Below are positions 42,342 to 52,919 of a DNA stretch of 64,000 nt, one piece after another. The translations under genes and the position numbers were made by a program. This DNA is from Opitutales bacterium. GTDB lineage: Bacteria > Verrucomicrobiota > Verrucomicrobiia > Opitutales > UBA2987. The notes under the pieces were generated by a model. That model did not search any database. It saw only the letters and a list, made by a program, of their open reading frames with translations, and was not told the origin of the DNA. Location: positions 297,508-361,507 of the forward strand of contig CBDDEL010000011.1 of assembly GCA_965226885.1 (NCBI GenBank), in the 5' to 3' direction. How positions within the stretch are numbered: the first letter of the stretch is position 1; the number at the start of each line of letters is the position of its first letter.

Positions 42342-42785
42342 ATGCAAAATGATGTCGTAGAGGCCAGCATCAAAGGTGTCATGCCCACTTCAAATGGGTG
42401 CGCAGTCTTTATTGGGCCAGAAAACAAGACCTTCGTCATCTATGTCGATCAATATATCGGCAGCGCTATTTCCATGGCTATTAACGAGGAAAAGAAGGAC
42501 CGGCCCCTCACCCATGACCTCATCTACAGCATTTTTCAGGGTCTTGAAGTTTCTATCGAACGGGTCGTCATAAACGACGTCAGCGACAGCATTTACTTCG
42601 CCCGCATTATCCTCAAGATGGAAAATGAATTGGGCAGCAAAATTGTCGAAATCGATGCCCGCCCCAGCGATTCCATGGTCCTCGCGATTCAATCGAAAAA
42701 GCCCATTTACGTTGCCCAAAGAGTGATCGACCAGGTGGACGACATGACCGAAATCCTGGAGCGCATCCTCAAACAACAGGATTAG
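42342..42785 (+). CDS. Bifunctional nuclease family protein (DUF151)
   Basis: RPLTHDL and IDARPSDS motifs. Confidence 0.9.
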   Translation: MQNDVVEASIKGVMPTSNGCAVFIGPENKTFVIYVDQYIGSAISMAINEEKKDRPLTHDLIYSIFQGLEVSIERVVINDVSDSIYFARIILKMENELGSKIVEIDARPSDSMVLAIQSKKPIYVAQRVIDQVDDMTEILERILKQQD

Positions 42786-42799
42786 AGCCGGGGCTGGGT

Positions 42800-43936
42800 T
42801 TGAACAACTTCTTCAGGCCAATACCAGGGCAAGGGCCAGAGCTTCCGGCGACTCTCTACGGGGACGGCCAACCCATTACCGCGCTGGCGCCCATGCAGGA
42901 TGTTACCTCCCTGCCTTTTATGGAGGTTATTGCCCACTGCGGCCCCCCGGATTATTTTTTTACCGAATACTTTCGGGTCCATGCATGTTCAAGACTCGAT
43001 CCGGAGATACTTCGATCGGTGACGGAAAACAAAACCGGCCGTCCGGTCTTCGCCCAACTCATCGGGGAAAGCCTACCCCACCTGGAAAGGACAGCCAGGG
43101 AATTGCAAAATTATCCGGTGGCCGGAATCGATCTTAACCTAGGATGCCCCGCGCCCAAGGTTTACCGCAAAAATGTGGGCGGCGGCCTCCTGCGCGATCC
43201 GGGCCGGGTGGATAAAATCCTGGGACATCTGCGCCCTTTGATTAAGGGCCTTTTCACCGTCAAAATGCGCATCGGATTTGCCTGCGATGAGCATTTTGAG
43301 GCCTTGCTGGAACTTATCAACCGGCATTCCATCGATTTGCTCAGCGTGCATGGCCGAACGGTCAAGGAAATGTACCGGGGGGAGCCTCATTACGACCACA
43401 TCGCAAAAGCCGTCCAGGCGGTTCGCTGCCCTGTGCTCGCCAATGGCAACATCACCTCGCCCGCCAAAGCGAGGCAGGTAGCCGCTTTCACCGGCGCCGC
43501 CGGGCTTATGATCGGCAGATCGGCCATCCGTAACCCCTGGATATTCCGCCAAATCCGGGAGGCCCACTCACCGGATAGCCGTATTTTTCAACCCACCCTG
43601 GCCGATGTGCGCGAATACGTGGAGGTTCTCTACGAAGCGTTCCGCAAACCGGATGTGCCGGAGCTACGACAGGTCAACCGGATGAAGAAATTCCTCAATT
43701 TCGTCGGCCAGGGAGTGGACCCGGAAGGCAAATTTTTGCACCAAATGCGCAGGACCCAAACCCATCGCGATCTAATGGAAACCTGCCACCGGCACATGAT
43801 AGAAAACGGCAAAGCGGAGCAACCCTTCCCCCTCGAACCCCACCAAGGCGTCAACGCCAGGCCCAACCGCGAGTCTCCACCCGCCCCCAGCATGGCTCTT
43901 TCCACAACCACAGGTTACACAGATAGACGCAGATAA
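42800..43936 (+). CDS. dus: tRNA-dihydrouridine synthase family protein
   Basis: LAPMQDVT, DLNLGCP, TVKMRIG, SVHGRT, ANGNI, MIGR.A..NPW.F. Confidence 0.9.
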   Translation: MNNFFRPIPGQGPELPATLYGDGQPITALAPMQDVTSLPFMEVIAHCGPPDYFFTEYFRVHACSRLDPEILRSVTENKTGRPVFAQLIGESLPHLERTARELQNYPVAGIDLNLGCPAPKVYRKNVGGGLLRDPGRVDKILGHLRPLIKGLFTVKMRIGFACDEHFEALLELINRHSIDLLSVHGRTVKEMYRGEPHYDHIAKAVQAVRCPVLANGNITSPAKARQVAAFTGAAGLMIGRSAIRNPWIFRQIREAHSPDSRIFQPTLADVREYVEVLYEAFRKPDVPELRQVNRMKKFLNFVGQGVDPEGKFLHQMRRTQTHRDLMETCHRHMIENGKAEQPFPLEPHQGVNARPNRESPPAPSMALSTTTGYTDRRR

Positions 43937-43994
43937 TTGCCAAACCGAGATCAAAATCCATTTTCAACCACGAACTACACAGATTAACACGGAG
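43905..43994 (+). repeat. Two degenerate 30-bp direct repeats separated by 30 bp
   Basis: CAACCACAGGTTACACAGATAGACGCAGAT vs CAACCACGAACTACACAGATTAACACGGAG (21/30 identical), each built of ACACAGAT-like subunits. Confidence 0.55.
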
Positions 43995-44097
43995 TATGAA
44001 ATGTTAGGTATTGGATGGTTCTAACGATGGTTCTAACTAAAGGGGTTTTTGATTGGTGGCTGCCAAGCTATTCAACCTTCAATCTCGCCAGGGCTAG

Positions 44098-45665
44098 CCC
44101 GGATATTTCGTAAAAAAAGTATCGTTGATATGCTTAACTGCTGATATACAGCAGGATAGATCAATAATTAAAGCAATATCAGCGATGACAAAAGGTAAAC
44201 AATTAAAGCTACAGTTGACAAGGGTAAAAGGCCGCCGTGTGCGGGTTGATTTCAAGGGCGGAGAGGTTACTTCGGATGCCGGACTGCTTTTGATCCGGGA
44301 AGTGGATCGGCAGTTGGGCTTGACCGAACGAGCGGCCCGACAGTTAGTGGACAAACGGCAGAAGGGCAAAGTACGCCATGAGGTATTGGGGATGCTGCGG
44401 CAGCGCGTTTACGGGCTGGTGGCGGGCTATGAGGATTTGAACGAACTTTGATACCCTGCGCCACGATTCATTGTTGCAAACGGTAACGGGGCGCATTGAA
44501 ACGTTGGCCAGCGCGCCGACTTTGTGTCGTTTTGAAAACGGGCAGGATCGGCGGGCGGCCTTTGCGGTAAACGAGCTGTTGGTCGAACAGTTCATGGGCT
44601 CCTTTGCCGAGGAACCCGAAGAGATCATCCTGGACTTTGCCGCCACCGACAATCCGGTGCACGGGCTCCAGGAGGGACGTTTTTTCCACGGTTATTATGA
44701 TCATTACTGTTTTCTGCCGCTATATGTTTTTTGCGGTGATCAGCTGCTGGTGGCCTACCTGCGGCCGAGCAAGATCGATGCCAGCAAGCATGCCGGGGCC
44801 ATCCTCAAATTGCTGGTTAAACGGATGCGCCAAAGCTGGCCCCGTACGCGGATTATTTGGCGCGCCGACAGTGGATTTTGTCGAGACCGGATACTCTCTT
44901 GGTGCGACCGCAACGAAGTTAGTTACATCGTGGGGATGGCTCGCAATGCACGCTTGCAGCAAGACGCCCAGCAGTTGCAAAAGCAGGCCAAAGAATGGTT
45001 CGAACTAAGGGGTAAAAAACAACGGTTATTCCAGGACTTCGTCTATGCTGCCGATTCGTGGCGATGGCTGCGGTTGGTCATCCATAAAGCCGAACACACC
45101 GCACAGGGGTCCAACCCGCGCTTCGTGGTGACGAACCTGCCGGGCGATCCCCAGGAGCTTTACGACAAGGTATACTGTGGCCGCGGTGAAATGGAGAACC
45201 GCATCAAGGAACAGATGCAATTGTTCAGCGAGCGCACCAGCGCCCATCAATGGTGGGCCAATCAGTGGCGATTGCTCTTGTCGGCGCTGGCCTACACCTT
45301 GATGGAAGCCATGCGCCGGTTAGCCTTAAAAGGGACGAAGTGGGCGCGGGCCCAATGCCACACCCTGCGGCTCAAATTAATCAAGATCGGAGCGGTCATC
45401 GTGCGCAACACCCGAACGATTCACTTTCACCTAAGTGAGAGTTATCCTTGGGCCAGTCTTTTCAACCATGCGGCCCGCCGATTGGTGCCAACCTAAAGGG
45501 TGCATTGGTGCTGCCCCCGGCACTACCGAACCAATGGGGGAAAGGGGGCAGTGTCTCTACACCCTGAAAAACACCTAAAAATCAAGACGATCTGCTCAAA
45601 ATACAAAGAAATCCATCTCCAATAGCAATAACGAGCCAAACTTTACCCTTCATGAAATATCCGGG
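44098..45665 (+). mobile_element. IS1380-family element, copy 5 (frameshift near 44444; LDFDATD changed to LDFAATD)
   Basis: Both IRs; left flank CTAG, right flank CTAA. Confidence 0.92.
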
Positions 45666-45838
45666 CTAAAGGGTGCATTGGTGCTGCCCCCGGCACTACC
45701 GAACCAATGGGGGAAAGGGGGCAGTGTCTCTACACCCTGAAAAACACCTAAAAATCAAGACGATCTGCTCAAAATACAAAGAAATCCATCTCCAATAGCA
45801 ATAACGAGCCAAACTTTACCCTTCATGAAATATCCGGG
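45666..45838 (+). repeat. Tandem extra copy of the IS1380 3' end (stop-codon CTAA to IRR)
   Basis: 173 bp identical to 45493-45665, followed by CTAG that matches the far-left flank. Confidence 0.92.
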
Positions 45839-45845
45839 CTAGGTA

Positions 45846-47662
45846 GAGGCTGTCCCAAAAATATAAAGATTTTATAGTCAACTGGATGACGTTGATAAAA
45901 AGAGCCGGAAAGAGCAAGTTTTTGCTCGATCCGGCCAAAAAAGGGTTCTATAATTGAGTTAGCGAAAATCAATATAGCCCTTTCTATGAAAAATATAGCC
46001 ATCCAATGCCTCCTGCGTCCAGCTTTAACTGTGGTCGACCGGTGCCTCGATTACGATAACTTCCGCGCCACCATTGATCGAATCGATCGGCTGCTGATCG
46101 ACTCGGAGGTGGAATCGCAGGCCATTGAGCTGGCCTTGGAGGGGTGGCCGCCAATGGGTCTAAAGGCCCGGCGGCAGCGGGCCAGTTTTGCCATCAAGGC
46201 ACTGCGCATGGATACGCTGGGCCGTCTGCTCGGAGGGATTTCGTTTCGGCATTTGTCGCGGGCTCTGGGCAGCAGCGATCTGTTGGCCGACTTTTGCCGT
46301 GTCCGGCAGATCGATGGCATCAGGGGCATCTCCAAAAGCACCCTGGAGCGGGCCTCGAAGTTTTTCAGCGAAGAGCAGTTGAGGGCCTTGCACCGGACCT
46401 TGACTGAGGTGGTGGGCGATGCCCTTCTGGCCCGGCAGGTGGGATTGGACAAGCCGATTGACCCCACCATTTGCCTGATCGACGGCACCTGTTTGGAGGC
46501 TAACATTCATTGGCCGACGGACTGGGTATTACTCAAGGATGTAGCCGGCACGTTGCTCAAAGCGATCCGGCTGATCCGCGAGAAGGCCGGTTTGCGCCAT
46601 CGCATGCCGATCGAACCGGAGCCCTTGGCTCGGCAGATGAATCGGCTGTGCATACAGATGACCCACAGCCGGCGGCGAAAGGACAGCGCGCGGCAGCGCA
46701 AGGGTATCTTGAGGCAGATGAAAAAGCTGCTCAAACGGATCGGGGAGCATGCCCGCAGTCACCGGGAATTATTGCAAGCCTGCTGGGAGCAAAGCGATTA
46801 CAGCGAAAAACAGGTCCAACAGATCCTCGCCCGGATGGAGCGCATGAGCGAGCAAATCCCGGTGGTCATCAAACAGGCGCACGAGCGGATCATTGGCGGC
46901 CGCCAGGTGAAAAACGCAGAGAAAGTCTTGAGTGTTTACGAACTCGATGTGCAGGTGATTGTGCGAGGTAAAGCGGGCCAAGAGGTCGAGTTCGGCAACA
47001 CCCTGTTTTTGGGAGAAAGCGTTGAAGGGTACCTGCTGGACTGGAAACTCTACGGCAGCCGAACTCCAAGCGAAAATGAACAAATGCAAGAGAGTTTGCA
47101 AAGACAGAACCGCTTCAACCTGGAAGAACCCATAGCGGCCATGTGCGCGGACCGGGGATTTGCCTCCCAGCGGGCCCGCCGGCAGTTAGCCCAGGAGGGA
47201 ATCTACGACGCGCTCTGTCCACGCGATCCGAAGCAGTTGAAAAAACGGATGGAGGAACCACTGTTCAGACAATTGCAAAAGCGCCGGGCCAGCACCGAAG
47301 GGCGGATCGGGGTATTGAAGAATCGCTGGCAGGCCGGGCGGTTGCGCAGCAAAGGCTTTGCCAACCGCTCGATCAGCGTAGCCTGGTCGGTACTCTCGCA
47401 CAACCTATGGAAAGTAGCCAAGATGCTGGCCCAGCAAGACGAACTAAAAACCAAAGCGGCGGCCTAGAGAGCGGAAAAGCAAGGACAATACTTTTTCACA
47501 GCCTTACTGTCGGCTCATACAAAGAAAATCAGGCAACCGGACCCCAAAACCAGTATCCTAACGTCATAGGAGAGCAAAGTTGATACTCTCCCAAATGCAA
47601 ATACCTCTAAAATGAGCGCCTATCAAAAGCCCTCGCAAAAATCACCCTTTTGGGACAGCCTC
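45846..47662 (+). mobile_element. IS5/ISNCY-like element, complete copy
   Basis: Perfect 15-bp IR GAGGCTGTCCCAAAA flanked by TA on both sides; single 493-aa DDE ORF. Confidence 0.85.
45986..47467 (+). CDS. DDE transposase (IS5/ISNCY-like)
   Basis: IDGTCLEANIHWPTD, RGKAGQEVEFG, ADRGF, RASTEGRIGVLK. Confidence 0.85.
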   Translation: MKNIAIQCLLRPALTVVDRCLDYDNFRATIDRIDRLLIDSEVESQAIELALEGWPPMGLKARRQRASFAIKALRMDTLGRLLGGISFRHLSRALGSSDLLADFCRVRQIDGIRGISKSTLERASKFFSEEQLRALHRTLTEVVGDALLARQVGLDKPIDPTICLIDGTCLEANIHWPTDWVLLKDVAGTLLKAIRLIREKAGLRHRMPIEPEPLARQMNRLCIQMTHSRRRKDSARQRKGILRQMKKLLKRIGEHARSHRELLQACWEQSDYSEKQVQQILARMERMSEQIPVVIKQAHERIIGGRQVKNAEKVLSVYELDVQVIVRGKAGQEVEFGNTLFLGESVEGYLLDWKLYGSRTPSENEQMQESLQRQNRFNLEEPIAAMCADRGFASQRARRQLAQEGIYDALCPRDPKQLKKRMEEPLFRQLQKRRASTEGRIGVLKNRWQAGRLRSKGFANRSISVAWSVLSHNLWKVAKMLAQQDELKTKAAA

Positions 47663-47686
47663 TATATACACGTTGTCGGCGTTTAA

Positions 47687-48010
47687 CTACTTGTTTAGAG
47701 TCAGGTAAAATTCAATCCATGACTGTTGCATGTCCGGTTGACGCATTGCCATGCTCAGCGCGTCCCGGAAATCCATGCTCCCGGCTACCTCTTTCTGCCC
47801 GGTAACCGCTTCCGGTATGCCGACCGATGCGATTTCCTCTTCAACTTTGCGCTGTTCTACCGAACCCGTCGCCCGGTCGTCCTGCGACACAGTTTCAGAA
47901 TCGGTATCGCTTCCTACCGTGATACCAATTACCACCCCAACCGTGACGGCAATCGCCAAGGACAGCACCCAGCAGGCAACGAGCCGAAACTTGAATCCAA
48001 GAGCAATAAC
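47687..48010 (-). pseudogene. N-terminal remnant of a membrane-anchored/secreted protein
   Basis: Hydrophobic N-terminal segment (VLSLAIAVTVGVVIGITVG) followed by a low-complexity linker, stranded between two IS. Confidence 0.35.
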
Positions 48011-48156
48011 GCTGATAGACCGACCTCGTCGAGTCGGGTTCCTATTTTTTCACTTTCTGATACTGGAATCAATGGGGAGAAAGATGACATGGGTAGAAGA
48101 GGGTCAATACTTTAGGCGCTGTTTCTGGGTGAGAGTCTTTAGTTTGATAATATTTT

Positions 48157-48958
48157 GGTAGTGTATAAAAAAAGAATGTTATTTTGTATTTTTAGCTGTA
48201 CAAATAGCGTTAGGCAGTTTATTCTTAGTGCATGGTTACTAAAATTATTAATTGTCGGCACTGTGGAAGTGAAAATATCATTAAATTTGGCAAGACGCCC
48301 AACCATAAACAGCGCTACCGCTGCCATGATTGTGGTAAACAAAGCCGCGAAAACCCCACAGTGAAATACACCGAAGAGCAAAAAGAAATGATCCTTCGAG
48401 TCTATCAGGAACGCAGCAGTCTACGCGGTTTACAGCGCGCCTTCGGGGTGAGTCCCAACACCGTTTTGAGTTGGTTAAAAAAAACGACAATCGCTGCGAC
48501 CGCTCAAAAGCACGATTCTTGCGGCCCGCCGCCATGATGTCATTGAACTGGACGAACTGTGGTCTTTTGTGGGGCGCAAGAGCGATGCCCAATGGGTTTG
48601 GATCGCTCTTTGCCGACGCACCCGTCAAATCCTCTCCTATGCCATTGGGCCTCGGGATTGGTATCGTTGCCGGGAACTTTACGAGCGTCTGCCACGGGCC
48701 TACAAAAGATGTGCCACCTACAGCGACTTTTGGAGCACTTATGATGAAGTCTTTCCTCATAACCGATCCGTGGGAAAAGAAACCGGTGAAACGGCCCATG
48801 TGGAACGATGGAACAATACCCTGCGCCAACGACTGGGTCGTCTCACACGCAAAACCCTCTCCTTTTCCAAGCTTAAGAGTATGCATGAAACCTGTCTGAG
48901 ACTTTTCATTCATCAATATAATCAAGAATTAGCCACCATTCCTACTTAATACACTACC
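48157..48958 (+). mobile_element. IS1-family element, copy 5
   Basis: 802 bp, both IRs; the flanks AATATTTT / CGCATTTT do not form a TSD. Confidence 0.93.
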
Positions 48959-49253
48959 CGCATTTTTTGGTGGAATGAGCTGTTCTCAACACGTTTATTC
49001 AATAATCCCTCGGTATATAATCCCTTTTTAATTTCCCTACCGATTTGATCGAAAATAACAAAGGATAAGATTGCCAGATCACATTGAAAGCAGAAAAATG
49101 GATCGATATATAAGAAAGTAGCGATTTCCTACGATTATGAATGTTCATAGGGGAAAAATCGTCTAATCTCAAAGAGGTGTGTAAACGCCGGGGAAAAACC
49201 GGTACGGTAAAGAGGGCGCTTTAAAACCGGTACGCTTATCCTAGAAAGGAGGA

Positions 49254-50759
49254 GTGTATCGAGATATGAAGCAATGGACAAGAGTGCGGCACAAAGTGCT
49301 GCGGGACAAGCAGAGCAAGCGCTCTGTAATGCGAGAAGAGGGACTGCACTGGGAGACCCTGGGAAAGATGCTGGCCTATTCCCAGCCGCCGGGATACCGG
49401 CGCAAGAAGAGGCGAGAGCGCAAGATCGATCCGTATGTGGGCTGGATCGAGGAGGTGCTCAAAGCGGACCGGAACGTGCCCAAGAAGCAGCGCCATACGG
49501 CCAAACGGATCTACCAGCGTTTGGGTCGGGAGAAGGGCTACCAAGGGGGCTACACGGCGGTCAAGGAGGTGGTGGCCGAGCTGCGAGCGAGGCGGCGGGA
49601 AGTGTTCGTGCCGCTGGAGCACCGCCCCGGGGAGGGACAGGTGGACTTCGGTCATGCCCTGGTGAAGGAGGCGGGGCAATTGCGTAGGCGGCCATTTTTT
49701 GCCATGAGCCTGCCCTACAGCGATGCCTTTTTCGTGCAGGTGTTCGAACGGGAGTGCACGGAGAGCTTCTGGGAGGGGCACCTGCGAGCTTTTGAGTTTT
49801 TCGGGGCGGTGCCCCGGCGCATCAGCTATGACAACTCGAAGGTGGCGGTGGGTAAGATTATCGGTTCGCGTGAACGCAAGCTGACCGACGGGTTTCTGCA
49901 GCTACAGAGCCATTACCTGTTCGAGGAACACTTCTGTCTGCCCGCCCGGCCCAACGAGAAGGGCGTGGTCGAGGGGATCGTGCGTTATGCCCGGGCCAAC
50001 TTCCTGGTACCGGTACCGCAGGTTCGGGACCTGGAGGAACTCAACGCAAAGCTGTTGGAGGCATGTGAGCGGGACATGGAGCGTAAATTACGCGGGAAAA
50101 GGGCGGTGAAAAAGGAACTGCTGGCCGAGGAGCGCGCCGTCATGCTGGCGTTGCCGCCCATACCCTTTGAAGCGAGCCGCAAACGCTCGACCTGCGTCAG
50201 CAGCCTCTCGCTGGTGCGCTTCGAGTGCAACGACTATTCGGTGCCGGTGCGCTGCGCCCACCATCCGGTGGTGGTGGAAGGGTCCTGTCGGCAGGTGGTG
50301 ATCTTCTGTGGGGGCCAAGAGGTGGCCCGGCACCGCCGCATTTGGGATAAAGAGCAAGTCTCTTTCGAGCCGGTGCACTACCTGGCTTTGCTGGAGAAAA
50401 AACCGGGCGCTTTGGACTTCGCCCGCCCACTCTCGGGCTGGCAGTTGCCGCAGTGCCTGCAGGTCCTCAGACGCCGGCTCGAAAGCCAATGCGGGGGCGA
50501 AGGCACCCGGGAGTATATCCGGGTGCTGCGGCTGTTGGAGAAACACCCCATGGCGGCCTTGCAGCAGGCCGTCGTCTCGGCCCTGCGGGGGGGGGGACTG
50601 ACTCGTGAGGCCATCGCCCAGTATCTCTATCCTCAGGAAGACTACGGGAGCAGAACCTTCCGGCTGGACGGCCATCCACACCTGCGTCACGTCCGTGTGG
50701 CCGCCCCTGACCTCGGTGCCTACAGCGAACTGCTCAAGATTCCAGGAGGGGCTTTATGA
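49254..50759 (+). CDS. istA: IS21-family transposase IstA
   Basis: KQRHTAKRIY.RL, QVDFG, YDNSK, EKGVVEG, NDYSVP. Confidence 0.93.
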   Translation: MYRDMKQWTRVRHKVLRDKQSKRSVMREEGLHWETLGKMLAYSQPPGYRRKKRRERKIDPYVGWIEEVLKADRNVPKKQRHTAKRIYQRLGREKGYQGGYTAVKEVVAELRARRREVFVPLEHRPGEGQVDFGHALVKEAGQLRRRPFFAMSLPYSDAFFVQVFERECTESFWEGHLRAFEFFGAVPRRISYDNSKVAVGKIIGSRERKLTDGFLQLQSHYLFEEHFCLPARPNEKGVVEGIVRYARANFLVPVPQVRDLEELNAKLLEACERDMERKLRGKRAVKKELLAEERAVMLALPPIPFEASRKRSTCVSSLSLVRFECNDYSVPVRCAHHPVVVEGSCRQVVIFCGGQEVARHRRIWDKEQVSFEPVHYLALLEKKPGALDFARPLSGWQLPQCLQVLRRRLESQCGGEGTREYIRVLRLLEKHPMAALQQAVVSALRGGGLTREAIAQYLYPQEDYGSRTFRLDGHPHLRHVRVAAPDLGAYSELLKIPGGAL

Positions 50760-51523
50760 AGGAAGAAAAAAACCAGCTGCTGTTACACCATCACCTCAAG
50801 AAACTGAAGTTGCCCACCATCCTGCGCGAATGGCCGGCGGTGGCCGCGGCTTGTTCCCGGGACCGGCTCGATTACGCCGCCTTTTTGTTGCATCTGGTCG
50901 AACGGGAGCTCATTGAACGCGAACAGCGGGCCGCCCAGCGGCGGATCAGAAACGCCCGTTTCCCCGTGCTCAAGACCCTCGAGAGCTTCGCCTTTGAAGC
51001 GCAGCCCTCGATCAACGAAGCGCTCATCCGAGAGCTCATGCGCGGGGAGTATGTCGACCAGCGCGAAAACGTGCTGCTCCTCGGTAACGCCGGTACCGGT
51101 AAAACGCACCTGGCCACCGCCCTGGGCTTTGCCGCCTGTGCCCAGGGCCGGCGGATCCGTTTCTTCGGGGTCACCGCCCTGGTTACCCATATGCTCGAGC
51201 AACGCGACAACCACGACCTGCAGCGCTTCATGAAGCAACTCGAAAGGCTCGACCTACTCATCCTCGACGAACTCGGTTACGTCCCTTTTTCCAAGACCGG
51301 TTCCGAACTGCTCTTCGACGTGGTCAGCCGCGCTTACGAGCGCACCAGTCTCATCGTCACCACCAACCTGCCCTTTGAGAACTGGATCGAAGTGCTCGGT
51401 TCCGAACGGCTCACCGGAGCTCTGCTGGACCGACTCACCCATCGGGTGCATATCCTCGAAGCCAACGGGCAAAGCTACCGCTTGCGCGATGCTCGACGCC
51501 GTCGCCGTGGCACAAAACAATAA
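50756..51523 (+). CDS. istB: IS21-family helper ATPase IstB
   Basis: GNAGTGKTHLA Walker A, LLILDELGY Walker B, TTNLPF, ALLDRLTH. Confidence 0.95.
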   Translation: MKEEKNQLLLHHHLKKLKLPTILREWPAVAAACSRDRLDYAAFLLHLVERELIEREQRAAQRRIRNARFPVLKTLESFAFEAQPSINEALIRELMRGEYVDQRENVLLLGNAGTGKTHLATALGFAACAQGRRIRFFGVTALVTHMLEQRDNHDLQRFMKQLERLDLLILDELGYVPFSKTGSELLFDVVSRAYERTSLIVTTNLPFENWIEVLGSERLTGALLDRLTHRVHILEANGQSYRLRDARRRRRGTKQ

Positions 51524-51698
51524 ACGCCTTGGGCCCGGCTCGTCGGCCTCCGGCCTCCTCACCGACCCCAAGCCAATCCCCAAAACCAACTCCCAAACCC
51601 TAAACCTTGACGTACCTGCAATTACTAACCTAAACCTTATTCCAAGCGTACCGGTTTTACCCCGACCCCCGTACCGGTTTCATCCCGGCGTTTACACA

Positions 51699-52658
51699 CG
51701 AATCGGCAGCATAGACGAAGTCCTGGAATAACCGTTGTTTTTTACCCCTTAGTTCGAACCATTCTTTGGCCTGCTTTTGCAACTGCTGGGCGTCTTGCTG
51801 CAAGCGTGCATTGCGAGCCATCCCCACGATGTAACTAACTTCGTTGCGGTCGCACCAAGAGAGTATCCGGTCTCGACAAAATCCACTGTCGGCGCGCCAA
51901 ATAATCCGCGTACGGGGCCAGCTTTGGCGAATCCGTTTAACCAGCAATTTGAGGATGGCCCCGGCATGCTTGCTGGCATCGATCTTGCTCGGCCGCAGGT
52001 AGGCCACCAGCAGCTGATCACCGCAAAAAACATATAGCGGCAGAAAACAGTAATGATCATAATAACCGTGGAAAAAACGTCCCTCCTGGAGCCCGTGCAC
52101 CGGATTGTCGGTGGCGTCAAAGTCCAGGATGATCTCTTCGGGTTCCTCGGCAAAGGAGCCCATGAACTGTTCGACCAACAGCTCGTTTACCGCAAAGGCC
52201 GCCCGCCGATCCTGCCCGTTTTCAAAACGACACAAAGTCGGCGCGCTGGCCAACGTTTCAATGCGCCCCGTTACCGTTTGCAACAATGGATCGTGGCGCA
52301 GGGTATCAAAGTCGTTCAAATCCTCATAGCCCGCCACCAGCCCGTAAACGCGCTGCCGCAGCATCCCCAATACCTCATGGCGTACTTTGCCCTTCTGCCG
52401 TTTGTCCACTAACTGTCGGGCCGCTCGTTCGGTCAAGCCCAACTGCCGATCCACTTCCCGGATCAAAAGCAGTCCGGCATCCGAAGTAACCTCTCCGCCC
52501 TTGAAATCAACCCGCACACGGCGGCCTTTTACCCTTGTCAACTGTAGCTTTAATTGTTTACCTTTTGTCATCGCTGATATTGCTTTAATTATTGATCTAT
52601 CCTGCTGTATATCAGCAGTTAAGCATATCAACGATACTTTTTTTACGAAATATCCGGG
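51699..52658 (-). mobile_element. IS1380-family element, copy 6, 3'-truncated at the IS21 end
   Basis: Left IR and 5' part of the transposase; flank TTAG (CTAA in element orientation). Confidence 0.9.
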
Positions 52659-52787
52659 TTAGGGGCCAAGGATTACCTCGAAACCGCTCAATTGCTCGGA
52701 GTAGAATGCACCTTTTCCAAGGCCTTCAAGCCAAACGAACTCCTTGAGAAGGTCAAAGAATTGATTTCTCCCAACCCCGGCCCGTAA
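52659..52787 (+). pseudogene. C-terminal remnant of a response-regulator receiver domain
   Basis: LGAKDYLETAQLLGVECTFSKAFKPNELLEKVKELI resembles the alpha4-beta5-KPF-alpha5 end of a REC domain. Confidence 0.6.
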
Positions 52788-52919
52788 AAAAATCGATTAT
52801 TCTGAATATTCATAGGGAATATTCTGGATGAAATATTCGTGAGGCAAAGTTACGTTTGGCGTGGATACCGGCAACTATTTTTAATCGATTTCCGGCAAGT
52901 AGTTTCCTAGAAAAGCGTC

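Larger units (their letters stand above)
49178..51698 (+). mobile_element. IS21-family element (2521 bp)
   Basis: IR TGTGTAAACGCCGGG, repeated AAACCGGTACG subterminal motifs at both ends, istA-istB; no TSD. Confidence 0.92.

Noticed and set aside
43905-43994. Mini CRISPR array
   Set aside because: Only two units at 70% identity, not palindromic, no cas genes; kept only as a repeat.
48959-49177. AT-rich segment between IS1 and IS21
   Set aside because: No credible ORF, repeat or RNA structure seen.
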